Shown here piece after piece: positions 16,787 to 25,632 of a stretch of 64,000 nt of DNA (within the stretch, counting starts at the first letter, position 1; each line of letters starts with the position of its first letter). The stretch spans positions 10,821 to 74,820 of the forward strand of contig SFEL01000004.1 in assembly GCA_004557245.1 (NCBI GenBank). Direction: 5' to 3'. The position numbers were made by a program, and so were the translations under genes. A model generated the notes under the pieces. That model was not told where the DNA came from, searched no databases, and saw only the letters and a program-made list of their open reading frames with translations. Origin of the DNA: Clostridiales bacterium (GTDB taxonomy: Bacteria; Bacillota; Clostridia; Christensenellales; CAG-138).

Positions 16787-17910
16787 TGAGGCGGCATATG
16801 GATGAAGAGTATCGCTTTTCCGCTCCCGGACGTGTAGAGATAGGCGGCAACCATACCGATCATCAGCACGGCCGTGTGCTTGCAGCCGCCATAAACCTCG
16901 AGTCAAAGGCCATAGTGCGCAGGAACTGCGAGGGTAAAATACGCGTGATTTCAGAGGGATATGAGCCTGTAGAGATAGACGTATGGGATCTTGGGGTGCA
17001 CGAGGAGGAGAAGAACACCACTGCGGCGCTGATACGGGGCGTAGCAGCGGCATTTGCAGAGCGCGGCTGTAAGCTTGACGGCTTGGATGCGAAGGTAAGC
17101 TCCACGGTGCTGCCCGGCTCCGGCCTTTCCAGTTCAGCGGCGTTTGAGGTGCTCATTGGCCGCATATTAAACGGTCTGTTCTTTGAGGATAAACTTACGC
17201 CGGTTCAAATAGCACAGATAGGCCAATATGCCGAGAACGTGTATTTCGGAAAGCCCTGCGGCCTTATGGATCAGACTGCCTCAAGCGTTGGCGGCCTGGT
17301 CTATATGGACTTCAGGGACCCGGCGCATCCGGTGGTGGAAAACGTGGAGTATGACTTTGACGGCTGCGGTTATACACTTTGCATAATAGACAGCGGTGCC
17401 GACCACGCGGGCCTGACGGAGGATTATGCCGCCATACCCGGCGAACTGCATAAGGTATGCCGGGTCTTCGGCAGGGAATACCTGAGAGAGGTGGACGAAA
17501 GCGAGTTTTATGCAAGACTTCCCGAAGTACGCAAGGCGGCGGGGGACAGGGGGGCGCTCCGTGCCATGCACATATTTGACGACAGCAGGCGCGTAGCGGA
17601 GCAGTTGGCGGCGCTTCGAAATAACGATTTTGACCGCTTTCTTAAGCTTGTGAACGACTCTGGCGAGTCCTCATGGAAGTATCTGCAAAACGTAATCCCC
17701 TCAGGCAGCAGGGAGCATCAGAGCATGGCTTTCACTATAGCCCTTTGTAAGAAACTGCTTAATGGCCGCGGCGCGGTACGCGTACACGGCGGCGGCTTTG
17801 CCGGAACGGCGCTTGCCTTCGTTCCGGACGGCGAGTTCAATAAGTTCCGGGATGGCATAGAGAGGGTGCTTGGCGCGGGCTGCTGTCATAAGCTCAGCAT
17901 AGCGAAATAA
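16786..17910 (+). CDS. galK: galactokinase (GHMP kinase family)
   Basis: APGRVEIGGNHTDHQHG galactokinase signature variant and the GHMP ATP motif PGSGLSSSAA. ATG at 16786 overlaps the galE stop (TGATG). An alternative start is 16798. Confidence 0.85.
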   Translation: MRRHMDEEYRFSAPGRVEIGGNHTDHQHGRVLAAAINLESKAIVRRNCEGKIRVISEGYEPVEIDVWDLGVHEEEKNTTAALIRGVAAAFAERGCKLDGLDAKVSSTVLPGSGLSSSAAFEVLIGRILNGLFFEDKLTPVQIAQIGQYAENVYFGKPCGLMDQTASSVGGLVYMDFRDPAHPVVENVEYDFDGCGYTLCIIDSGADHAGLTEDYAAIPGELHKVCRVFGREYLREVDESEFYARLPEVRKAAGDRGALRAMHIFDDSRRVAEQLAALRNNDFDRFLKLVNDSGESSWKYLQNVIPSGSREHQSMAFTIALCKKLLNGRGAVRVHGGGFAGTALAFVPDGEFNKFRDGIERVLGAGCCHKLSIAK

Positions 17911-18142
17911 AGGGGTATTACGTAGATACAGCAGGGAAAAACACAAAAGCCTTAAGGAAATAGGAGCCTCGGGCGGGAGAATATGTGAGCGCGGTAGGGC
18001 ACTGTCTTATCTGCGTGGCATTTGACGGAGGCCATCATATCCTGTATAATATCATTGGCAGGCGAGCGTAGAGAGTATCATTTTGTTGTGCCTCTAATCC
18101 GATTCTTGACCTTGTTTTGCAAATATCCTATAATGATCTCAT

Positions 18143-18225
18143 GCGAATGTGGTGGAACGGCATACACAGCAGACTTAAAATCTGCCGGCGAAAGCTTGCG
18201 GGTTCAAATCCCGCCATTCGCACCA
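18143..18225 (+). tRNA. tRNA-Leu (anticodon UAA), CCA-encoded
   Basis: Hand fold: acceptor GCGAATG/CATTCGC, anticodon stem GCAGA/TCTGC with loop CTTAAAA, long variable arm, T-arm GCGGG-TTCAAAT-CCCGC, then A-CCA. Own promoter (TTGACC 18106, 17 nt, TATAAT 18129) and a downstream hairpin terminator at about 18230-18270. Confidence 0.85.
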
Positions 18226-18517
18226 ACGAAAAACGCCTGAATCACTGATGATTCGGGCGTTTGCTTTTTCCGTTGCAACTCGTTTTGCAACTTTTCTGCG
18301 AGGCGACCATTTTGTGCAGGGGTAAATGAATACCCGTATACATTGAACGATATATGGCAAAACGTGATAGCGTCCACACCTCAAGATACGATCTCGAATT
18401 TTGCCGGACATAAAGGCTTTTTCTATAATATAATAATAGATTAAAGAATTATTTTGACATGGGGCATTGACTTTTTATTGGCAAAATGCTATTATGATAA
18501 CAACAAAACAATCGTAT

Positions 18518-18594
18518 CTGGGTGTGGCGCAGTTTGGTAGCGTGCTTGAATGGGGTTCAAGAGGCCGGAAGTTCAAATCTTCTCACCCAGACCA
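18518..18594 (+). tRNA. tRNA-Pro (anticodon GGG), CCA-encoded
   Basis: Hand fold: acceptor CTGGGTG/CACCCAG, anticodon stem CTTGA/TCAAG with loop ATGGGGT, T-arm GGAAG-TTCAAAT-CTTCT, 77 nt. Own promoter (TTGACT 18467, 17 nt, TGcTATTAT 18487-18495) and terminator at 18597-18630. Confidence 0.8.
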
Positions 18595-18648
18595 GAAACA
18601 GTCCATAGGCGATATGGGCTGTTTTTTATATGTACATTTTTTAGATAA

Positions 18649-18676
18649 ATAAAAAAGCGGGAGCTGGCTCCCGCTT
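18649..18676 (-). terminator. intrinsic terminator after the NhaC-family gene
   Basis: 8-bp GC-rich stem agcgggag/ctcccgct. On the minus-sense RNA it is followed by UUUUUUAUUU. Confidence 0.7.
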
Positions 18677-18690
18677 TGGCATGATTTCGG

Positions 18691-20319
18691 TTAGTACGCT
18701 CTTTTTGCGTCTAACTTCTTGATGACCACAAGGGTCAGCAGCATCAGCGCTATGGCTATTGGCAGGCAAATCCAAGCGATGCGGACGAAGCCTGCTATTA
18801 TGTATGATACGAATGACACGGCGGCACAGGTAATGGCATAGGGCAGCTGAGTGGATACGTGCATTACGTGATCGCATTGTGCGCCCGCGGAGGCCATTAT
18901 GGTGGTATCGGAGATTGGTGAGCAGTGGTCACCGCATACAGCGCCTGCCATGCAGGCAGAGACACATATGACGCCTATGGGGTCAGTGATGGGGAATACC
19001 TCCAGTGTTATGGGGATAAGTATGCCGAAGGTACCCCAGCTGGTACCCGTAGCGAAGCTGAGGAAGCAGCCGATAAGGAATACTATGGCAGGCAGGAAGG
19101 ACTGGAAGCTCTGGGCAGAACTCTTTACGGCAGAAGCTACGTATGCGCCAGCGCCGAGGGAATCGGTCATTGACTTGAGGGACCAGGCGCAGGTCAGTAT
19201 CAGTATTGCCGGGACCATGGCCTTGAAGCCTTCGGGCAGCATGCCCATCATTTCGGAGAAGCTCATAAGCTTGCGCAGCTGATAAAATACGATGGTTATG
19301 ACGAGGGCGAAGGAGGAGCCCAGCATAAGGCCTACGGAAGCGTCGGAGCCTGAGAAGGAGGTGACTATGTTGTGATAACCCTCGCTGGCAGGGTCAAAGA
19401 ATCCGCCGGAGTATATCATGCCGGTGACGCAGGCTACAATTAGCACGATTATTGGCAGCACAAGGTCTATTACACGGCCGTTAGGATTGGCCTCAGTTGC
19501 TTCGGCTGAAGCATAGGGGTTTTTGCCGGAGAAAAGGTCGCCATTCTTAGCGTTACACTCGCATTTGCCCATGGGGCCGAAGTCAGTCTTCAGCAGCACC
19601 AGCCCTATCATAAGTGTGATGGTGAGAAGGGCATAGTAGTTGAAGGGAATTGCCTTGATAAAAAGGGTGAGTCCGGAGCCGTCCTCCACGTATGAGGAAA
19701 CGGCGGCAGCCCATGAGGAGATAGGTGCGATAATGCACACAGGAGCCGCGGTGGCATCTATAAGATAAGAAAGCTTTGCGCGGGACACGTTGTGCTTATC
19801 CGTCACGGGGCGCATTACGGAACCGACGGTAAGGCAATTGAAGTAGTCGTCTATGAATATCAGTATGCCGAGGGCTATGGTAGCCAGCTGGGCGCCTGCG
19901 CGGGACTTTATGTTCTTGGCGGCCCAACGACCGAAGGCGGCGCTTCCGCCAGCCTTGTTCATAAGGCATACCATGACGCCGAGTATGACCAGAAATACCA
20001 GTATGCCCACATTATAGGAATCGGACAGTACGGATACTATGCCGTCGTTGAAAACGTGCAGAATTGTACCTTCAAAGGAGAAGTTGGAGTAGAGCAGGCC
20101 GCCTGCCAGTATGCCCACGAACAGGGAAGAGTAGACCTCCTTCGTTACCAGTGCCAGAGTAATGGCGATTACGGGCGGAAGAAGGGCCCAAGGAGTGTTG
20201 TAGAAGCGCTCCGTGCCAAGCTCAGCGCCTGGGGTGGCGAAAGCGGCTATGCAGAGCACTATCAGCGTAATGGCTACCATTATGATAGTAGGCAGCGTCT
20301 TGCGGGTAGATAGTTTCAT
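18691..20319 (-). CDS. NhaC-family Na+/H+ antiporter-type transporter, predicted lysine-regulated
   Basis: Polytopic membrane protein of about 542 aa from ATG 20319 (GGAGG 8 nt upstream). The longer track start at 20382 would lie inside the leader terminator. The NhaC-family call rests on overall architecture and length only (weak, by eye). An L-box riboswitch lies upstream. Confidence 0.8.
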   Translation of the reverse strand: MKLSTRKTLPTIIMVAITLIVLCIAAFATPGAELGTERFYNTPWALLPPVIAITLALVTKEVYSSLFVGILAGGLLYSNFSFEGTILHVFNDGIVSVLSDSYNVGILVFLVILGVMVCLMNKAGGSAAFGRWAAKNIKSRAGAQLATIALGILIFIDDYFNCLTVGSVMRPVTDKHNVSRAKLSYLIDATAAPVCIIAPISSWAAAVSSYVEDGSGLTLFIKAIPFNYYALLTITLMIGLVLLKTDFGPMGKCECNAKNGDLFSGKNPYASAEATEANPNGRVIDLVLPIIVLIVACVTGMIYSGGFFDPASEGYHNIVTSFSGSDASVGLMLGSSFALVITIVFYQLRKLMSFSEMMGMLPEGFKAMVPAILILTCAWSLKSMTDSLGAGAYVASAVKSSAQSFQSFLPAIVFLIGCFLSFATGTSWGTFGILIPITLEVFPITDPIGVICVSACMAGAVCGDHCSPISDTTIMASAGAQCDHVMHVSTQLPYAITCAAVSFVSYIIAGFVRIAWICLPIAIALMLLTLVVIKKLDAKRAY

Positions 20320-20344
20320 TTGGTTTTCCTCCATAAAGATCGAG

Positions 20345-20600
20345 TCAAAAAATAAAGAAGCCATGATCTTTGTGAACCGCAAAAATCATGACTAAAAATA
20401 CATCAAATATAAATTATATTATACCGTGCATACCATGACAGCGCTCCACTTTTACGTGACAGTCCAGAGGATATTCTCCCACTGGCCCAGCGCCGGCACT
20501 CAGGCATTATGCCGGTACTTCGGCAAAGGACCCTTTCCGCCCCGCGGTGCCTGCCGCTCGTGTGTAGGGCCTAATAATGTCCTCTGCGCCTCTATCATTT
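20345..20600 (-). promoter_or_regulatory. lysine riboswitch (L-box) with terminator expression platform
   Basis: The minus-strand RNA reads AUGAUAGAGGCGCAGAGG...GGAAAGGGUCCUUUGCCGAAGUACCGG...CGCUGGGCC...GGACUGUCACGUAAAAGUGGAGCGCUGUCAU. The conserved L-box blocks AGAGGCGC, GAAAGGG..GCCGAAG, CUGG, ACUGUCAC and GUGGAG-GCU appear in the correct order. P1 is AUGAUAG/CUGUCAU. A downstream hairpin (plus-strand coordinates 20361-20391) is followed by a U-run. Promoter TTGACA, 16 nt, TATAAT at about 20610-20640. Confidence 0.78.
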
Positions 20601-20717
20601 GCTATATACAATTATAGTAATAAAAATACATATGTCAACAAGTAATTTACAGTTCGTTAGGCCCTGTGTTACAATTTACGGGTAAAGTTTTTTATATGTT
20701 TTTGATTGGGAGACAAA

Positions 20718-21986
20718 ATGAAGATAAAGACCGCATATATGGACATTGAGGAAGTGCTGGCACAACCGGTACAGCAGCACGTATATCCTAAACGGCCAAA
20801 TATATTTTTCAGAACGCTGCTGCGGGCGGTATCCGCGCCGGATCTGAAAGCAACAAATTTTAAATACCGTGAATTTGGAATGGAAAGGCTGGGGAAAAAA
20901 GAGCCGTGCCTGATACTTATGAACCATTCGAGCTTCATAGATCTCAAGATAGCCTCTACGGTGCTTTACCCCAGACCCCTAAATATTGTCTGTACATCCG
21001 ATGGCTTTGTGGGCAAGGAGCGGCTTATGAGAAGCCTGGGCTGCATACCTACCCGCAAGTTCGTAACGGATACCCAGTTGGTACGGGATATGATGTTTGC
21101 ACTGAAAAAGCTGAAAAGCTCCATACTTATGTATCCCGAGGCAAGCTATACATTTGACGGTACCGCTACGCCGCTGCCTGCGGGCCTGGGCAAGTGCGTC
21201 AAACTCATGGGAGTGCCTGTGGTGATGATACGCACCTACGGCGCCTTCGCGCGGGATCCGCTCTATAACGGCTTGAGGCTGCGCAAGGTAGACGTATCTG
21301 CGGATATAAGCTACATACTTTCTCCGGAGGACATAAGGGCAAAGACGGCCGAGGATATAAACGTTATACTTTCCGAGCAGTTCTCCTTCGACAACTTCAA
21401 ATGGCAGCAGGAAAACAACGTTATAATAAGCGAACCTTTCCGCGCCGAGGGGTTGAACCGCGTGCTGTACAAATGCCCGCACTGCGGTGCGGAGGGCTCC
21501 ATGGAATCCGGTGGAGCAGATATACTGTGCAATGCCTGCGGCAAGGGCTATACACTTACGGAATACGGCTTTATGGAAGCAAAGGAAGGAAAGACGGAAT
21601 TTCCTCACATACCCGATTGGTACGCATGGGAGCGGGATTGCGTGAGGCAGGAAATTTTGAAGGGCAGCTATAAGCTGGACGTTCCGGTGGACATATACAT
21701 GATGGTAAATACCAGAAAGGTATACGGTATAGGAGAAGGCAGGCTGACCCACGGTGAAAACGGCTTCCGCCTTACGGGCTGCAATGGAAAGCTGGATTAT
21801 CATCAGCACCCGCTGGCCAGCTACAGCCTGTATTCGGATTATTTCTGGTATGAGATGGGCGACGTCATATGTATAGGGGATGCGGCGGCGCTGTACTACT
21901 GCTTCCCAAAGGGCTGCGGTGATATAGTCGCAAAGACGCGTCTTGCAACAGAGGAGCTTTACAAGATAAAAAAAGCTGCGCAATAG
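20718..21986 (+). CDS. PlsC-superfamily acyltransferase with internal zinc ribbon
   Basis: NHSSFID (NHxxxxD acyltransferase motif) and YPEAS block in the N-terminal domain. CPHCG...CNACG ribbon mid-protein. Confidence 0.7.
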   Translation: MKIKTAYMDIEEVLAQPVQQHVYPKRPNIFFRTLLRAVSAPDLKATNFKYREFGMERLGKKEPCLILMNHSSFIDLKIASTVLYPRPLNIVCTSDGFVGKERLMRSLGCIPTRKFVTDTQLVRDMMFALKKLKSSILMYPEASYTFDGTATPLPAGLGKCVKLMGVPVVMIRTYGAFARDPLYNGLRLRKVDVSADISYILSPEDIRAKTAEDINVILSEQFSFDNFKWQQENNVIISEPFRAEGLNRVLYKCPHCGAEGSMESGGADILCNACGKGYTLTEYGFMEAKEGKTEFPHIPDWYAWERDCVRQEILKGSYKLDVPVDIYMMVNTRKVYGIGEGRLTHGENGFRLTGCNGKLDYHQHPLASYSLYSDYFWYEMGDVICIGDAAALYYCFPKGCGDIVAKTRLATEELYKIKKAAQ

Positions 21987-22064
21987 AGAATAAAGCCGAG
22001 GCTGATAAAAAGTGGCGTTAAGCCACTTTTTTAACAGCCCCGGCTCAGTGTATTTTGACTTGGC

Positions 22065-22766
22065 CTAGCCGCCAAGATATGCTTTCTTGACGGCGTCGTT
22101 GTGAAGAAGTTCGTCCGCATCGGAGGAGAGGACTATCCTGCCGGTTTCCAGAACATAGCCCCGGTTTGCGATAGAGAGGGCCATCTGTGCATTCTGCTCC
22201 ACAAGGAGGATAGTAACGCCGGACTGGTTCAGCTCCTTTACGATGTCGAATATCTGGTCGACCAGTATAGGTGCGAGGCCCATGGAGGGCTCGTCAAGCA
22301 TCATGAGCTTGGGGCGGGACATGAGAGCTCGACCCATGGCAAGCATCTGCTGCTCGCCGCCGGAGAGAGTACCCGCGACCTGTTTGCGGCGCTCCTTAAG
22401 GCGGGGAAAACGCTCATAGACGTGCTCTATGGCGGCGTTGACAGAATCATTGGGCTGTGTAAAGGCGCCCATTTCCAGGTTTTCCTCAACGCTCATGCGG
22501 GAGAATACCCGCCGCCCCTCAGGAACGTGCGCTATGCCCATCTCGACGATCCTGTGCGGCGGTGCCGACTTCAGATTATGATCCTGAAATAAAACGCTGC
22601 CGGTCTTTGTGTGCAGAAGGCCGGATATGGTCTTCAGTATAGTGGACTTGCCAGCGCCGTTTGCACCTATCAGGGTTACTATCTCGCCTTCGTTTACTTG
22701 GAAGCTTACGTTCTTTATGGCGTGTATTGCGCCGTAATATACGTTGATGTTATCAACTTTAAGCAT
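22065..22766 (-). CDS. livF: branched-chain amino acid ABC transporter ATP-binding protein LivF
   Basis: Walker A GANGAGKST, signature LSGGEQQMLA, Walker B MLDEPS. Last gene of a five-gene Liv-type operon. Confidence 0.9.
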   Translation of the reverse strand: MLKVDNINVYYGAIHAIKNVSFQVNEGEIVTLIGANGAGKSTILKTISGLLHTKTGSVLFQDHNLKSAPPHRIVEMGIAHVPEGRRVFSRMSVEENLEMGAFTQPNDSVNAAIEHVYERFPRLKERRKQVAGTLSGGEQQMLAMGRALMSRPKLMMLDEPSMGLAPILVDQIFDIVKELNQSGVTILLVEQNAQMALSIANRGYVLETGRIVLSSDADELLHNDAVKKAYLGG

Positions 22767-23598
22767 TTTTTGCCTCCTTGCCGCGGCCCAGGTAAGCCTC
22801 TATGACGAGTGGGTTGGACTTTATCTCGTCAGGCGTGCCTTTAGCGATTATTTTGCCGTAATTCAGAACCGCGATTCCCTCGCAAATGCCCATGACCAGA
22901 TTCATGTCGTGCTCTATGAGCAGGATAGCCAGGTGGAAGGTATCGCGTATCTTCTTTATGTTCTGCATAAGCTCTGCGGTTTCGGAGGGGTTCATGCCCG
23001 CGGCAGGCTCGTCCAGCAGCAGCACCTTGGGGCTGGTGGCCAGAGCCCGGACTATCTCAAGCCTTCGCTGAGCACCGTAGGGCAGGGAGCCGGACTCCCA
23101 GGAAGCCATGTGCTGCATGTCGAATATGGAGAGCAGTTCCATTGCGGTCTCGTGGGCCTTCTTTTCGGCGGACCAGTAGGACGGGAGCCGAAGCATGCTT
23201 GCAGCCAGGGAGGACTGGCAGGCGTTGTGCAGGCCTATCTTTACGTTGTCCTCAACGGAAAGCTTGGAGAACAGGCGGATATTTTGGAAGGTTCGGGCAA
23301 TTCCCAGCTGGTTGAGCTGCCAGGTTTTTTTCCCGCGGGTGTCTATGCCGTCTATCAGTATGACGCCGTGGGTTGGCTGGTAAACGTTGGTCAGCAGGTT
23401 AAATACGGTGGTCTTGCCCGCACCGTTAGGGCCTATAAGGCCGGATATCTCGGTGCGGCCCAGCATTATACTGAAATCCTCAACGGCGTGCAGACCGCCG
23501 AAGTCTATCCCAAGGCGGTGTACCTCAAGTATGGTTTTTGAAGAAAGATCTCTTTCTGGAATTATGGAATGGCTTGGTACGGGAACCATCTTATCCAT
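22759..23598 (-). CDS. livG: branched-chain amino acid ABC transporter ATP-binding protein LivG
   Basis: GPNGAGKTT, LPYGAQRRLEIVRALA, LLLDEPAAGMNP, and the LivG-type C-terminus NPLVIEAYLG. Confidence 0.9.
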   Translation of the reverse strand: MDKMVPVPSHSIIPERDLSSKTILEVHRLGIDFGGLHAVEDFSIMLGRTEISGLIGPNGAGKTTVFNLLTNVYQPTHGVILIDGIDTRGKKTWQLNQLGIARTFQNIRLFSKLSVEDNVKIGLHNACQSSLAASMLRLPSYWSAEKKAHETAMELLSIFDMQHMASWESGSLPYGAQRRLEIVRALATSPKVLLLDEPAAGMNPSETAELMQNIKKIRDTFHLAILLIEHDMNLVMGICEGIAVLNYGKIIAKGTPDEIKSNPLVIEAYLGRGKEAKNA

Positions 23599-24638
23599 TA
23601 CTTGTCACCTGCCTTTTCTTTTTTGCCTTTGCCCTTCCTGAAGAGCTTGCCCATGCGTGCCTTGTCAATGAGCCCGGTAAGGGAGAAGTCGTACTGGCCC
23701 ATAAGGCCGGAGGGCTTGAATATCATTACTACGATGAGCAGCAGAGAGTAAGCTATCATGCGGTAGTCGGAGAATGCTCTAAGCACCAGTTCAGGTACTG
23801 CTGTAAGCACGGTTGCGGATACTATTGAGCCTACCATGGAACCCATGCCGCCAAGAACTACCATTACCAGTATTTCTATGGACTTCATGAAGCCGAAGCT
23901 GGAGGGATTCAGTATGCCAAGGTAGCTTGCGTACAGAGCGCCCGCTACGCCTGCAAATATGGCGGATACCGTAAAACCGAGGGCCTTATAATAGGTAAGG
24001 TTGATGCCCACTGAGTCGGCAGCTATCTCGTTTTCGCGCACTGCCAGTATGGCCCTGCCGTGCTTGGACTTCATAAGGGTATGAATGAGAAAGCACACTA
24101 TGCCCACGCAAAGGAAGCAGTTGAAGAAGCTGGTGTACTTGGGTATGTTCTTCAGGCTGGCCGCACCATAGGTGAAGTTGAAGCCCAATACGCTGTCGAT
24201 GTTCAGAAGCACCACGCGGATTATCTCGCCAAAGCCAAGGGTGATTATGGCAAGATAGTCGCCTTTGAGGCGCAGCGCGGGGATACCTATCAGTATGCCG
24301 AATATGCCGGATACAATGCCCCCGAGTATTATGCCGAGAGGGAATGCTACAAACTCGGGCAGATTGGGTACTGCCCTGAGGAACAGGGCGGAAGCGTATG
24401 CGCCTACAGCCATGAAGCCTGCATGGCCCAAAGGCAGCTGTCCGAGGTAGCCTGTAGCTACGTTCAGTGATACGGCGAGGATTATGTTGATGCCGCACAG
24501 CACTATAACTTTAGTGTAGTAGTTCGGTACACTGCCGCCCGTTATGAGGGCGTTCACGCCGAAGAGAAAAACCGCGAATATGGCCAGGTTGATAGCGTAG
24601 CGGAGAAGCATGGGGAGGGGCTTTTTGATCTTATCCAT
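23598..24638 (-). CDS. livM: branched-chain amino acid ABC transporter permease LivM
   Basis: 346-aa polytopic permease positioned between LivH and LivG. GQLPLGHAGFMAVGAY motif. Confidence 0.88.
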   Translation of the reverse strand: MDKIKKPLPMLLRYAINLAIFAVFLFGVNALITGGSVPNYYTKVIVLCGINIILAVSLNVATGYLGQLPLGHAGFMAVGAYASALFLRAVPNLPEFVAFPLGIILGGIVSGIFGILIGIPALRLKGDYLAIITLGFGEIIRVVLLNIDSVLGFNFTYGAASLKNIPKYTSFFNCFLCVGIVCFLIHTLMKSKHGRAILAVRENEIAADSVGINLTYYKALGFTVSAIFAGVAGALYASYLGILNPSSFGFMKSIEILVMVVLGGMGSMVGSIVSATVLTAVPELVLRAFSDYRMIAYSLLLIVVMIFKPSGLMGQYDFSLTGLIDKARMGKLFRKGKGKKEKAGDK

Positions 24639-24651
24639 TGTACTTTCCTCC

Positions 24652-25539
24652 TTATACCTTTTCCTGTATCTCGTGGCCCATAATGCCTGTAGGCTTTACA
24701 AGCAGCACCACTATCAGTATGGCGAATACTATGCCGTCCTTCCATACGGAGAGGCCTACGGCGGAGACCATCGCCTCGGCAAGGCCTATGGCCAAGCCGC
24801 CTACCATTGCGCCGGGTATGGAACCTATGCCGCCAAGAACTGCCGCTACGAAGGCCTTAAGGCCCAGCATGGAGCCCATGGTGGGAGTAGCCTGGGGATA
24901 GGCTGCGCAGTACAGCACTGAGGCTATGCCCGCGAGGGCGCTGCCCAACGCGAAGGTGAAGGATATGGTGCGGTTCACGTTGATGCCCATGAGCTGAGCG
25001 GCGCCGGTATCCTCGGATACGGCGCGCATGGCCTTGCCCATCTTTGACTTTTTAACGAGCAGCGTCAGGGCGGCCATTGATATGGCGGTGACTATCAGCG
25101 TGATTATGGCTGTCCAGGACACATCTATGCTGCCTATGGATATGGTAGAGGTGGGCATAAAGCTGGGCATTGACTTTGCGCCTGCGCCGAACACCAGCTG
25201 TGCAAGGTTCTCAAGGAGATAGGATACGCCTATGGCAGTAATGAGCAGGGAAAGGCGGGGGCTTTGGCGCAACGGCGCGTAAGCGACCTTTTCTATGGAT
25301 ACGCCCAACAGCACGCATACGAATATCGCCGCAATGATCGCCAGGATGGGGTTACCGGCAAATCCGCATAGGCAGAACCAGGCGGCGTATGCACCTACCA
25401 TTATGATATCCCCGTGGGCGAAATTAAGCAGCATGATTATGCCGTAGACCATGCTGTACCCGAGAGCGACAAGCGCGTATATCGAGCCTGACTGAAGTCC
25501 GTTCACTACCTGCCTGAGGATCAGGGAAAGTGTATTCAT
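24652..25539 (-). CDS. livH: branched-chain amino acid ABC transporter permease LivH
   Basis: 295-aa permease. N-terminus QVVNGLQSGSIYALVALGYSMVYG is typical of LivH. Confidence 0.9.
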   Translation of the reverse strand: MNTLSLILRQVVNGLQSGSIYALVALGYSMVYGIIMLLNFAHGDIIMVGAYAAWFCLCGFAGNPILAIIAAIFVCVLLGVSIEKVAYAPLRQSPRLSLLITAIGVSYLLENLAQLVFGAGAKSMPSFMPTSTISIGSIDVSWTAIITLIVTAISMAALTLLVKKSKMGKAMRAVSEDTGAAQLMGINVNRTISFTFALGSALAGIASVLYCAAYPQATPTMGSMLGLKAFVAAVLGGIGSIPGAMVGGLAIGLAEAMVSAVGLSVWKDGIVFAILIVVLLVKPTGIMGHEIQEKV

Positions 25540-25632
25540 CAGATTCCTCCAAAGTGCGCCCAGCCCCCAAGGCAGGCCTTACGGGGCAGGGCGTTTTTAT
25601 CGTTAGGGTATTTACTTAAGTAGGTAAGAAGA

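Noticed and set aside
16139-17053. 304-aa minus-strand ORF
   Set aside because: It is antisense to the galE/galK junction. Both sense genes are well supported.
18175-18411. 78-aa minus-strand ORF
   Set aside because: It overlaps the 3' half of tRNA-Leu and its terminator, has no RBS and is not credible.
20440-20560. Possible SAM-I (S-box) riboswitch on the plus strand, suggested by ACTGGCCC and GGTGCC strings upstream of the acyltransferase gene
   Set aside because: The other S-box blocks are missing and the order does not fit. The same DNA read on the minus strand matches the lysine riboswitch blocks in order and is followed by a terminator and the NhaC-family gene.
22744-23541. 265-aa plus-strand ORF inside the liv operon
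   Set aside because: It is antisense to livG, which has complete Walker and ABC signature motifs on the minus strand.
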